From positions 1-64,000 of the IMG/VR virus record IMGVR_UViG_3300037088_000797: a stretch of DNA of 64,000 bases; one strand, given 5' to 3'. Positions 28,259 to 37,249 of the stretch are shown in pieces. The notes below the pieces were generated by a model. The model made no database searches. It was given only the letters and a program-made list of their open reading frames with translations, and had not been told where the DNA came from. Position numbers and translations under genes: made by a program. Position 1 is the stretch's first letter. Each line of letters begins with the position of its first letter. The DNA is from a virus. Lineage: Duplodnaviria > Heunggongvirae > Uroviricota > Caudoviricetes.

Positions 28259-28289
28259 AATTTATCGTGTTTCATTTGTTTAGACAAAG

Positions 28290-29051
28290 TTACTTATATT
28301 TTTCAATTAAACAATTATATTTATTATATTTTCTATTTAAATAGATTGTAGATTTATTATACAAATATTTTAAACATTTAAATGCTGATTTACCATAATA
28401 AAATATTGCACAAATATTTTGATTATATGTTATATCTGGCATGTCTTTACTTCTTAATTTTATTTTAACTGTTTCAAAAAAATATTTTCGTATAAATTCA
28501 ACAGTCTTTTCAGTGCCTAAGAAACTAATAGTATCTGTTGTTGTATATGTAATACATCCATCGCCATCAAAATAACCACGAATGAAATCTTTAAGATATT
28601 TTTTTGGTATTTTATTACTAATTCCACAAGTTAATGATTTTTTGTTATATATTTTAAAGTTATTTTGCAAGTCTTTAATTATTTGTGGTGAAGATATAGT
28701 AATACTATAATATTCTTCTCTTTCAAATACAGTACCTTCATATTCAATTGTTTTTTTAAACTTATTTAAATGATCAACATCTTGTTTTTGTAATTTAATT
28801 TCCAATGCAAATCTTTTATTTGTTCTAATATATCCATCAGCTAATATAAAACCTGCCCAATAACAATTTTCTTTATTAAATTTTGAAAAATAAAAATTAT
28901 TTACTTTTATTCTTGATGTCCTTTTCCTAAGTTCAACATTTTCGCTTTTTAAATATTTTTGAATTGTTGTTCTATGTAAATTATATTTACGTGCCAACTC
29001 TTGTGTACCCAAATAATTGTTAACATAATCATTAATTATTAAATTTTTCAT
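28290..29051 (-). CDS. LAGLIDADG homing endonuclease
   Basis: Two LAGLIDADG-type motifs WAGFILADGYI and IRGYFDGDGCI; N-terminal HTH-like segment. Confidence 0.8.
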   Translation of the reverse strand: MKNLIINDYVNNYLGTQELARKYNLHRTTIQKYLKSENVELRKRTSRIKVNNFYFSKFNKENCYWAGFILADGYIRTNKRFALEIKLQKQDVDHLNKFKKTIEYEGTVFEREEYYSITISSPQIIKDLQNNFKIYNKKSLTCGISNKIPKKYLKDFIRGYFDGDGCITYTTTDTISFLGTEKTVEFIRKYFFETVKIKLRSKDMPDITYNQNICAIFYYGKSAFKCLKYLYNKSTIYLNRKYNKYNCLIEKYK

Positions 29052-29119
29052 AAAAAATGCTTTTTAAATAAATACTAAAAATTTTTTAAAAAGCATCTTG
29101 TTGTCCATAATATTAATAA

Positions 29120-29950
29120 TTAAGGCATATCTGGAATTAAATTATAAAGAAATTCCATGTCTTGTGTAAAAATTGGACATTCAACACTTTTCCAAACCGT
29201 TCTAAAATAATTTGTTGGTTCTTTAACATACGATTTAAAAACATCTGTCTTCATTTCAACAGTTTCTTTTATGATAAGTCTTCCTCTTTTTTGTTTTGCG
29301 GGATAGTCGTTCCAATTAATACCCCTTTGAAATATCATTTCTTGTTTTTGATCACTATTTTTGCCATCTACTTCTTTTTGACTGTAAAGATTACGTGCAA
29401 CACTTGAAATAGAATTTCTTGTAGCATCTTTTTGTCTCCAAACTATCATATTTCCAACTTCTGTTTTAGATGGTATTGTGAATACACGAGCATCAAAAGT
29501 TGCAAGTTTCATATTAAGAATGTCTTTCTCATATGGTTTAATTGAAATAAAACCATCTGAATCAATGCTGGTGGAATTTTTTATAATTCTTAATAATCTC
29601 AATCTGTTGAATTCGGCAGTAGCCAAACCAGCAGCAACACTAACGATCTTCTGGATATTACCATCAAACCATGCATCAGTACCAATTGCATCAAAATCAG
29701 TCATAAGAATAGAAATTTCATCAGACTGCACAAATGCAAATTTAGTACCTTGTATGTTCTTACAAAGATAAGAAGCAGTTGCATCCATATCATCAATAAG
29801 ACCCTGATCAAAAGGTTGTATTAAACCTCTGGTATAAGTGTGAAATGCCTTACCATCAACACGGATTATTGTATATGTCCTACGTGGAAGCAGAAACCTT
29901 GTTCTATCCTCATAATAGGATTTCATGCGATCTCCAAGTTCATCTTTCAT
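29120..29950 (-). CDS. Thg1-like protein (tRNA-His guanylyltransferase family, 3'-5' nucleotidyltransferase)
   Basis: MKSYYEDRTRFLLPRRTYTIIRVDGKAFHTYTR and FAFVQSDEISILM match Thg1 N-terminal catalytic blocks (RxDGxxFH, QSDE). Confidence 0.8.
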   Translation of the reverse strand: MKDELGDRMKSYYEDRTRFLLPRRTYTIIRVDGKAFHTYTRGLIQPFDQGLIDDMDATASYLCKNIQGTKFAFVQSDEISILMTDFDAIGTDAWFDGNIQKIVSVAAGLATAEFNRLRLLRIIKNSTSIDSDGFISIKPYEKDILNMKLATFDARVFTIPSKTEVGNMIVWRQKDATRNSISSVARNLYSQKEVDGKNSDQKQEMIFQRGINWNDYPAKQKRGRLIIKETVEMKTDVFKSYVKEPTNYFRTVWKSVECPIFTQDMEFLYNLIPDMP

Positions 29951-29951
29951 A

Positions 29952-30320
29952 TTATTCTCCTTTAAATTTATTTGTTGTTATTAATTTTAAAATTCTATCT
30001 TTTTCATCCCATGATTCAATTTCAAGTGTATCAAACATTTCAAATATCGGATAATTTAAAATTTCTTGTTGTTTGTACCTGTCTTTGATAGTTTTACCAT
30101 CGACATAAACAACATTAGCTTGAAATATTCTTTTACGAAGCGAATCATCTGCAACTGGTGTAGTAATGCGTTCGGACACTTCAACCAAACTAAAGTCGAA
30201 TTTTTCTGGTGAGTTAAGTAAATATGTTACGGCTGACCGTGCCATATCTTGACTCTCAGCTTTAATTACTACTTTTATAATCGTTTTACCGTCATTAAAT
30301 TCAAATTTGTACTCTTTCAT
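29952..30320 (-). CDS. hypothetical protein
   Basis: 122 aa ORF. Confidence 0.45.
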   Translation of the reverse strand: MKEYKFEFNDGKTIIKVVIKAESQDMARSAVTYLLNSPEKFDFSLVEVSERITTPVADDSLRKRIFQANVVYVDGKTIKDRYKQQEILNYPIFEMFDTLEIESWDEKDRILKLITTNKFKGE

Positions 30321-30321
30321 T

Positions 30322-30612
30322 TTACAAAAATTTAGTGTAATCCTCTAATCCTAACTCTGCTCCATCACCAAAAATGTAGCCAACCACAAAAAATATTACT
30401 TTACCGTCTTTACCACGAGTTAATGACATCAAACAGTCAGGTGAATCAGAGTAATCTCTTGGCGCATAAAACACACCCATATGATTTGGTATGTTTTCAT
30501 ATGCCTTTATCCAAGGAATTGCTAACAGTTCTTCTTTCGTGTTAACTTCGTGCTCAGTCATTTGATCTTCATAACCTGAGAAGAAATTTGGAAATCTTCT
30601 TTTTACTTTCAT
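30322..30612 (-). CDS. hypothetical protein
   Basis: 96 aa ORF. Confidence 0.45.
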   Translation of the reverse strand: MKVKRRFPNFFSGYEDQMTEHEVNTKEELLAIPWIKAYENIPNHMGVFYAPRDYSDSPDCLMSLTRGKDGKVIFFVVGYIFGDGAELGLEDYTKFL

Positions 30613-30751
30613 TTCTTTTTCTGTTTACCAATTATTCTATCACCTTTTAAATAACGTTTATATGCTTCAGGCACTTTTTTTGGTGACTGATAACTCTTTG
30701 CAAAGTTAGCAAACTCAATCATATCTTTACGTGAATATCGTCCCATATTTA

Positions 30752-30949
30752 TTATATTTTACATGGACACCAATCAGGTATTGCTACCTTATCAAAAGTT
30801 TCAACATATCCAGCAATCTTTTTACCATGTGCTTTGTTGCAAAACCAATTAAATGCCATTTCAAAACTATCTGCAGTATACATTCGTTCCTCTCTGAAAA
30901 AAGGACACTCACTACAATTTTTAATGCTGATTTTAATTTCCGTTGCCAT
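30752..30949 (-). CDS. small Cys-rich protein
   Basis: 65 aa; CSECPF...WFCNKAH...WCPC. Confidence 0.4.
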   Translation of the reverse strand: MATEIKISIKNCSECPFFREERMYTADSFEMAFNWFCNKAHGKKIAGYVETFDKVAIPDWCPCKI

Positions 30950-31096
30950 TTTCTTCCAGTTTTATATCCAAATATTTCTTTTCCATGTCTCTCATAAGAC
31001 TGGCATCTTGAAATTCACCGATATTAACTAAGGTGTACTTTAATTCTATCACCAATTTCAAGATTTTATCTTTATCTTCTGCTGTTATTATTCTCA

Positions 31097-31960
31097 TTAT
31101 TTCAACGTACTGTTAAGTTTCTGTTTGAATAATTGAACTGTTTTATTACCAATAGCTTTACTTGCTTCACGTGATTCAATTATCTCACCTTTACCTTCCC
31201 TGTATACATCTTCAATCATTGCTTTAATGATTGTAGGTACACCTTCCATGCTGATATCAACAGGTAGTTTCTGAAGTACGTGTTCCAGACGAAGATTGGT
31301 AACCCATTCTTCAGCAATTGCTTTAGCTTCTTCAAGAACTTTAACCTGCTCTGGAGTTACCTCACGTTTAGATTTAGTTTCCATTTGTTCATCTGGTTTA
31401 TACTTACATATAACTCTCTCACCATTATTAGTTTTCATTTCAATCAATGGGCGGAGAACAATACCTTCACGTTTTTGTGGCTCTACAATACCATTACGAA
31501 CAGCTTGAACTGAATTACTGTCTCTTTCTGCAGTAAGCGTTTCCAAGTCTGTGGTAATCTTATTGTAAGATACAAACTCCAGACTAAATTGTTTGCAAAC
31601 ATCTTCTGCATTTGGTACATTAAGCCAAACATCACCAACGTAAACGTCAAAGCCAATAAATTTAAGAACTTTGCCATATCTAAATGATTGACCCTGTTGT
31701 TTACCACCATATGCTTCGCCATAAATGGTTACATCAACATCTGGAAAAATTTCAGCAAATTTGGCTTTAAGAAAGTCTTTGTTGAATAATGCAGCAAATG
31801 CTACATTACTTTCGCCACCACTACTGTAACGAACGTCTTTGCTTTCAAATTTCCAACCAATATGTGTTGATGTGCCATGAATTTTTTCCATAGCATAACA
31901 TTCTTTAAATAAAAGAATTGTCTGTGACTTATATAGGTTCTCTATATGTAGGTATCCCAT
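31097..31960 (-). CDS. RNA ligase, Rnl2 family
   Basis: Motif I EKIHGTS (T4 Rnl2 EKIHGTN, lysine nucleophile), YGEAYGGKQQG (cf. FGEFAGPGIQKN), EGIVLRP (cf. EGYVLKP), ICKYK (motif V). Confidence 0.8.
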   Translation of the reverse strand: MGYLHIENLYKSQTILLFKECYAMEKIHGTSTHIGWKFESKDVRYSSGGESNVAFAALFNKDFLKAKFAEIFPDVDVTIYGEAYGGKQQGQSFRYGKVLKFIGFDVYVGDVWLNVPNAEDVCKQFSLEFVSYNKITTDLETLTAERDSNSVQAVRNGIVEPQKREGIVLRPLIEMKTNNGERVICKYKPDEQMETKSKREVTPEQVKVLEEAKAIAEEWVTNLRLEHVLQKLPVDISMEGVPTIIKAMIEDVYREGKGEIIESREASKAIGNKTVQLFKQKLNSTLK

Positions 31961-31973
31961 TGTAAATAATTTA

Positions 31974-32486
31974 TTAGTAAGTATTTATATAATTTTTAAT
32001 ATCATCGATGTTAAGTTTATTTTTTTCAATGAATCCAATAAGTATGTTGCAACTTGAACATAATAATGCTCTGTTTTTATTTGTTTCATGTGAATGATCA
32101 ACTGCCAACATTTTTTTATTTTCTTCTTCAGTTCTATGACAAATAGCACAACCATTACCTTGATTATTTAATATTACGTTATATTCTTCAAGCGTAATAC
32201 CGTATTTCCTTTTTAATGTGCTGTTTCTATATTTTAATTTATCTCTCATATATTGATCTTTTTTCGCATTTTTTCCTTTTTCAGTATCATAATATATTTC
32301 CAACATTTCACGATTACATTCTTTACAATGAGAACCTATTTTGCCTCTTGTTTTCATTGTAGAAAATTCATCAAGGTCTTTTACTTTTTTACATCGTGGA
32401 CAATATTTTTTATGTTGCTTTAATAATTCTTTTGCTTTAAGTGATGATATTTTTAATTTCATTGTAATTTTAACATTAATAAACAA
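31974..32486 (-). CDS. endonuclease VII-like HNH endonuclease with N-terminal zinc finger
   Basis: CAICHRTEEENKKMLAVDHSHETNKNRALLCSSCN matches T4 endoVII / HNH motif; CPRCKK...HCKECN zinc finger. Confidence 0.7.
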   Translation of the reverse strand: MFINVKITMKLKISSLKAKELLKQHKKYCPRCKKVKDLDEFSTMKTRGKIGSHCKECNREMLEIYYDTEKGKNAKKDQYMRDKLKYRNSTLKRKYGITLEEYNVILNNQGNGCAICHRTEEENKKMLAVDHSHETNKNRALLCSSCNILIGFIEKNKLNIDDIKNYINTY

Positions 32487-32663
32487 TCTGATCTGTGAAT
32501 ACCATCATAACAACCACAGTATTCGCATTTTTTTCCTAATGCTTCTTTCGCATTTGCAATTGCTACCCCTAATGCAACAAATGCATCTTCGCTGATAGTA
32601 ACTGTTTTCTTTTTTTTCTTCTCCATAACTTTTAATTAAAAACGTTTTTAATGTACTGATAGA

Positions 32664-32687
32664 AGGTCCGCACATGAGTGCGGACCT
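32664..32687. terminator. GC-rich hairpin AGGTCCGCAC-ATGA-GTGCGGACCT (no adjacent U-tract)
   Basis: Perfect 10-bp stem, 4-nt loop; core GGTCCGCAC shared with hairpin at 56858-56882. Confidence 0.5.
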
Positions 32688-32812
32688 CAACCAGACAGGT
32701 TTAGTTGCCAACTTTCCTTTGTGACGGAGCTTCCTTTATCTCGATGAACGGGGGTTCATCAGGTAGGCATGTTATCCGTCCTTTCAACACGCAGCCATCG
32801 TGTTAGTAATCG

Positions 32813-32917
32813 AGCGCAGTTCGGGATTCGAACCCAAAAGATGTTGTAATTACTGGTGCACCTTCTACATCTACCGTACCTTCCGATACGTGCCTTAACC
32901 AATTAGACTACCCACGC
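32813..32917 (-). tRNA. tRNA-like gene (about 105 nt, atypical; isotype undetermined)
   Basis: On minus strand: acceptor GCGTGGG/ACTGCGC (2 GU + 1 mismatch), U8-A9, D-arm GTCT-AATTGGTTA-AGGC, canonical T-arm TTGGG-TTCGAAT-CCCGA, discriminator T; anticodon region irregular (CGTA stem with 8-nt loop UCGGAAGG) and a 36-nt extra region with AGATGT/ACATCT stem. Confidence 0.4.
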
Positions 32918-33204
32918 ATAAAAGAAATCTTTCTGTCCGTCCCAAGCAACGAAATGGCTTTTCAGTCCGCTATGGGTCTGTGTGGCTGTCATAATGCGCA
33001 TCGTTGAGAGGCGTGCCAACCTACTGCTATCCTTCGATAAACTACACTCTACTTGAAATTGAGTGAACTTTCGTTATAAGTGAATCGTCTGTTTGCATAG
33101 ACTGGACTTTTTAGAGACTTCCAGAATTATTAACGCAGAACCTTATAGTTTACCTACAGGCAGAAAGACTATGTTTTCAAAGAACTATTTGCAAAGTTAC
33201 TATT

Positions 33205-33618
33205 TTAAAGTAGATTCGCAATGTATTTTATACTTTTTTCTGCATTCTCCATTTCTTTTTTTATAAATGGTAAAATTTTTGCTTTACTATTTTCATCAAA
33301 TACTCTGTCACCAGTCTCTGTGAAATATATCTTTAAGAGCGATACAAGATTAAGCGGTGGAGTAAGTTTATTACGAATATCTGCACCAACTGTATTTGTT
33401 TCATACAATTCAAACTCAATTAGTTCAAGATCGTCCAGAGTAATTTGATCTGGAAGCGGAGTGCAACCTTTATAATATTCTTTCAAACCTTCCATCGTTG
33501 CTGTCAATGGCTGTGGTTTAGGAAGTTCACCAGTATACATTATCATTACTTTATCAAGAGTATCAATAGTAACGAATTCTTTTGGTTCTACCTTTTTTCT
33601 AAGTGCTTTAAATTTCAT
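33205..33618 (-). CDS. hypothetical protein
   Basis: 137 aa ORF. Confidence 0.45.
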   Translation of the reverse strand: MKFKALRKKVEPKEFVTIDTLDKVMIMYTGELPKPQPLTATMEGLKEYYKGCTPLPDQITLDDLELIEFELYETNTVGADIRNKLTPPLNLVSLLKIYFTETGDRVFDENSKAKILPFIKKEMENAEKSIKYIANLL

Positions 33619-33624
33619 GATTAT

Positions 33625-33819
33625 TTATTTATATAGTTCAACATATTCTTTTATTTCATTCAGTCCCTCATAAGGATATGCGCTATCAGGGACTATTAAT
33701 GTTGGTACATTAACATCGTTACAAGCCAGTATTGTAACAAAATCAATTTTGGCTTCTTTTAGAAGTTTTTCGGCTTTATCGCCATCTTCATGGTGTGACT
33801 TAAAAAAAATGATTTTCAT
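33625..33819 (-). CDS. hypothetical protein
   Basis: 64 aa ORF. Confidence 0.35.
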   Translation of the reverse strand: MKIIFFKSHHEDGDKAEKLLKEAKIDFVTILACNDVNVPTLIVPDSAYPYEGLNEIKEYVELYK

Positions 33820-34133
33820 AATAATTCTTTTGTTACAATTTCAACAAGTTTTTTCATAAATATTCTATCGAATATCATACCTGACTGATAGTCGCCATAA
33901 TTATCTTCGGTGATAACCAAATCAGGAGTGCTTTTAGGTATTGCAACTTCTCTGGTCATTGGCTCACTACCATCTTTCACAGTATCCATGTCAAAGCCAC
34001 CAAAACCATCACATTCTGCATAACGAACTTTGTGTTTGAATGTTACTTTTTTCACGATATGATCTTTTAATAAAACTTTGTTTACCAGATCAACATCAAT
34101 GAATGTTTCTAATTTCATGTATTGTTGTTTCAT
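33816..34133 (-). CDS. hypothetical protein
   Basis: 105 aa ORF. Confidence 0.45.
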   Translation of the reverse strand: MKQQYMKLETFIDVDLVNKVLLKDHIVKKVTFKHKVRYAECDGFGGFDMDTVKDGSEPMTREVAIPKSTPDLVITEDNYGDYQSGMIFDRIFMKKLVEIVTKELL

Positions 34134-34336
34134 ATTGCTATTTGTTTTTTCATTGGTAATGTGTTCTTGTACGAGTAAACATCATGCATTGTTCTTTGCA
34201 GATTAGATAGTGCTTCTTCTTTTGTTTCTCCCTCTGAAATTACATTGGGAAACTCCTTAAAAAATATGGTGAAGCCACCTTTGGGGTCTTCTACATATAT
34301 TGGAGTTACTGGTATTGTAAGCATGCATACACTCAT
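34130..34336 (-). CDS. HicB-like (UPF0150) small protein
   Basis: EGETKEEALSNLQ resembles HicB antitoxin-family G.T.EEAL.N motif. Confidence 0.4.
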   Translation of the reverse strand: MSVCMLTIPVTPIYVEDPKGGFTIFFKEFPNVISEGETKEEALSNLQRTMHDVYSYKNTLPMKKQIAI

Positions 34337-34638
34337 TTTATTTCCTCCTTTTTAACTCTAAATGAATGTTCTTCATTGTGAGCATTTGTTTTAATTTCGT
34401 CCCTTAATTTTTTACCTATGCGTTCTGCAGCAATTCTTGCATTTACACACCAACGCAGGTCTTCTTTGGTATAAGGATGACCATCAAGTGTTGCAATACC
34501 CTCCCAAACATTTCTGCCTTTTGGTGGTATGCCTTCAACTTGCTTTAATTCAATCAGCAAGCTCAAATCTTTCGGCTCTCTATCGAGAGTATAAGATAAT
34601 TTATAACTGCCTTTAAGTTCCATGTTTTTTAAAATCAA
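34333..34638 (-). CDS. hypothetical protein
   Basis: 101 aa ORF. Confidence 0.45.
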   Translation of the reverse strand: MILKNMELKGSYKLSYTLDREPKDLSLLIELKQVEGIPPKGRNVWEGIATLDGHPYTKEDLRWCVNARIAAERIGKKLRDEIKTNAHNEEHSFRVKKEEIK

Positions 34639-34798
34639 GTGTTATTGTAATAAATTCATTACCGTCATCAAATTTACCTGCTTTGCTGACAAACATCATA
34701 GTACCATCTGCTTTAATCAGATCAATGATTTGTTGCTTATTTGTTGCAACAGTACCTTTTTTATAGGTTTCCTGATAAACAATTTTTTTCTTTTCCAT
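34613..34798 (-). CDS. hypothetical protein
   Basis: 61 aa ORF. Confidence 0.35.
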   Translation of the reverse strand: MEKKKIVYQETYKKGTVATNKQQIIDLIKADGTMMFVSKAGKFDDGNEFITITLDFKKHGT

Positions 34799-34809
34799 AA
34801 GTATTAATT

Positions 34810-36015
34810 TTATAAGTCTACTCTGAAACGTAATGCCACAGGAAAACGTGGTTTCTTGTTCTTTTTCGTATAACCCTGATATTGAACAGTGACGATCTTT
34901 CCAACAACTTTTGATTTATCATCAGCATATAATTTAAGATCGTCCATTTTACCTTTGAGTTTTACATCAAATGTCACACCTTCAGGTAATTGTTGATCTT
35001 CTTTGGTTCTTTCACAAACAAATATTGCTTTACCTGCCATAATTCCTTTATTTCCAACTTTTATATCAACAATACGAAATTCATCATCGTCAAACACTTT
35101 CACTTTTTGTAAATCGTATGAACGTTTATTTACGTATTTTCCATCGAAATTTCTGACAATAGCACCTTCATATCCCATTTCCATAAAGTCTTCATACGCT
35201 TGCATCAGTTCTTCTTTGTTGTTAACAATTCTTGATTCAACTATATGAACTGGAGTACCTTCAAATTCTAATCTCAGGCTTTCCAGTATTTCATAACGTT
35301 CAAAATTAGTTAAGTTATTGTCTGGAATATCATATACGTGATATTGAATATTCTCATATCCTTCTTTGGGTTCGTCTTGTGTTATTAATGAAGTCAAGTC
35401 TTCGAAGTTTTCCTTGTAGGCATGATTATAAAGTTCACCATCCAATCTTTCCAGATGACATCTATTAAGTGTAGTTGATATATGTGGTGCACTATTAATT
35501 CTCTTTCTGGTTCGTGACCACAATGATACGTTATATATTATTTTGGATAACGGCATTGGTATACCTTCCTCACTGTATTTGCCAACAACTTCAAGATTAT
35601 CTTTTTGTGATGTACATCTGTGACCATCCAGTTTAGGTTGTGCTATTGCAGGAAATTTAATTTTATGTCCCTGTTCCCAATATTTATGTGCAAGTATTGG
35701 AAATACACCGCCTTCAATAACATCATCAGTTATACCTGCTTGTGCATCTTCAATGGTTTGTGCATAACCCTTTTTAAGCTGTTTTTCCCATCTGCTTTTG
35801 GCTTGTGCTTCTGCTTGTTCAAGCGCAGTTGTGGCATTTGTTTTACCTGTGTTTTTACCTTCAGGTACTTGTTCTCGGCTTTCTTGAATTTTGCCGTCAA
35901 CCTGTCCATAGTAGTTTATAATGGTCGCAACACCATTGAGTTCTTCTACACTGACTTGCCATTCTTGAATAGCACCAGTACTGGTTTTCTTGTAAAGTTT
36001 TTGAAATTCTTTCAT
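34810..36015 (-). CDS. ATP-dependent DNA ligase
   Basis: Motif I PKLDGHR (KxDG), motif IV EGAIVR, motif V DLQKVK. Confidence 0.8.
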   Translation of the reverse strand: MKEFQKLYKKTSTGAIQEWQVSVEELNGVATIINYYGQVDGKIQESREQVPEGKNTGKTNATTALEQAEAQAKSRWEKQLKKGYAQTIEDAQAGITDDVIEGGVFPILAHKYWEQGHKIKFPAIAQPKLDGHRCTSQKDNLEVVGKYSEEGIPMPLSKIIYNVSLWSRTRKRINSAPHISTTLNRCHLERLDGELYNHAYKENFEDLTSLITQDEPKEGYENIQYHVYDIPDNNLTNFERYEILESLRLEFEGTPVHIVESRIVNNKEELMQAYEDFMEMGYEGAIVRNFDGKYVNKRSYDLQKVKVFDDDEFRIVDIKVGNKGIMAGKAIFVCERTKEDQQLPEGVTFDVKLKGKMDDLKLYADDKSKVVGKIVTVQYQGYTKKNKKPRFPVALRFRVDL

Positions 36016-36016
36016 A

Positions 36017-36247
36017 TTACCATTTATTTCTTTTTTTACCTGTCATCAATTCTGTGATTACATCTGAAAGATATTCAGAAGCTGTCATAAAAAGTACCCA
36101 AAGACAAACAAGTGGAAAAATAACTATTGCTACCCCTCTCCATTCATCAGTATCAGTAAGATCGTTGTCATCAAAAAGAATTATTACTGTTCTACCTATT
36201 ATAAAGTAAACAATAACGCCCAAGATAATTAAAATTGCTAATGTCAT
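36017..36247 (-). CDS. small membrane protein
   Basis: 76 aa, two TM-like segments. Confidence 0.4.
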   Translation of the reverse strand: MTLAILIILGVIVYFIIGRTVIILFDDNDLTDTDEWRGVAIVIFPLVCLWVLFMTASEYLSDVITELMTGKKRNKW

Positions 36248-36258
36248 ATTATTTTTAT

Positions 36259-37053
36259 TTAAGGTTTATAATTTTTTACCATTTCTCTTTGCAAATATTG
36301 ATAAAACCATTTGCTTAACATGTTCGGAAGTTTTGCATAGTCAGCAAAACCATATAATCCACAACTGAAAAAGTCATGTACTTCAACAACGAATGTATGA
36401 TAATCGTTCACTCCAACGTCCAGAGTATATGCTACTGGTGCAGTACCTGATTTTTCATAAGCACTTACCATATTGCTGATTGATTGAATCTGGGGAAATT
36501 TAATAAATTCACCACTATAATGCTTTAATCCAACTATTTTACCTTCAAAAACAAAGGTGCGCCATTCACTATCAATGGTGATGTATTCAGAAATTTGATA
36601 ATGTCCTGCAGGTATATTCCACACGTGATTTTCATCCAGTCTAAGAACTTCAGCAAAACCTTTAATTTTCTCATTACTTTTCACAAACCATTTGCCTCTA
36701 CGATCTTCCAAGTCCATATGATTACCGTTTATTATTGGTCTTTGAGAATATCGCACGTCAAATAAGCATTCAGGTACATTTATTGGCTTTGGTGTTAAAC
36801 CGTAAAAGTGACTCAAAAATTCTGTTACAAATTCAACACTACCAACTGGCACATAGTTTTTGTGACATGGCTTAAATTGTATGGGATAAATATCATTAGG
36901 TTCAGTTACTTCAATATAATCAAGAAACTTTACTTTGATTTTATCTTTATCATCGTTACATGCCAGCCAGTTCTTAAATCTTACTGACTCAAGCAAGGCG
37001 AAAGTGAAATCATGCCTGATTTCTCCGTTGATTTTTTGAATAAGAAATTTCAT
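36259..37053 (-). CDS. hypothetical protein
   Basis: 264 aa ORF. Confidence 0.45.
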   Translation of the reverse strand: MKFLIQKINGEIRHDFTFALLESVRFKNWLACNDDKDKIKVKFLDYIEVTEPNDIYPIQFKPCHKNYVPVGSVEFVTEFLSHFYGLTPKPINVPECLFDVRYSQRPIINGNHMDLEDRRGKWFVKSNEKIKGFAEVLRLDENHVWNIPAGHYQISEYITIDSEWRTFVFEGKIVGLKHYSGEFIKFPQIQSISNMVSAYEKSGTAPVAYTLDVGVNDYHTFVVEVHDFFSCGLYGFADYAKLPNMLSKWFYQYLQREMVKNYKP

Positions 37054-37247
37054 TAGTAGCGATTATTTACCTGTTTTAAAATATCTCCTTCATAAATTTC
37101 CCAGAGTTCAATATTACCTTTAATGTAATTCTTAACATCTGGATTCTCAGTTTCTGCTAAATCAGCATACAATGATTTAAGCACATCACTGCAGCTTATG
37201 AAAACCTGTCCGTTGTTTACTTTTGAAGCAATTCTCATTCGTGCCAT
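37053..37247 (-). CDS. hypothetical protein
   Basis: 64 aa ORF. Confidence 0.35.
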   Translation of the reverse strand: MARMRIASKVNNGQVFISCSDVLKSLYADLAETENPDVKNYIKGNIELWEIYEGDILKQVNNRY

Positions 37248-37249
37248 AA

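Noticed and set aside
29046-29100. AT-rich inverted repeat (AATGCTTTTTAAA / TTTAAAAAGCAT) between LAGLIDADG and Thg1-like genes
   Set aside because: Stem is almost pure A/T with a 17-nt loop; too weak to call a terminator confidently.
32505-32711. 68-aa minus-strand ORF overlapping the GGTCCGCAC hairpin
   Set aside because: Lies in a noncoding GC-rich region, spans the perfect hairpin and has Cys/Arg-rich low-complexity translation; likely spurious.
32813-32917. tRNA-like element as attP core for integration into a host tRNA gene
   Set aside because: No integrase/recombinase gene is visible in 64 kb and genome content looks virulent; cannot be excluded but unsupported.
32700-33200. Possibility that the 500-bp noncoding region encodes a tmRNA
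   Set aside because: No 5' GGGG acceptor partner, no tag-peptide reading frame ending in Ala-Ala-stop, and the T-arm/acceptor is explained by a stand-alone tRNA-like fold.
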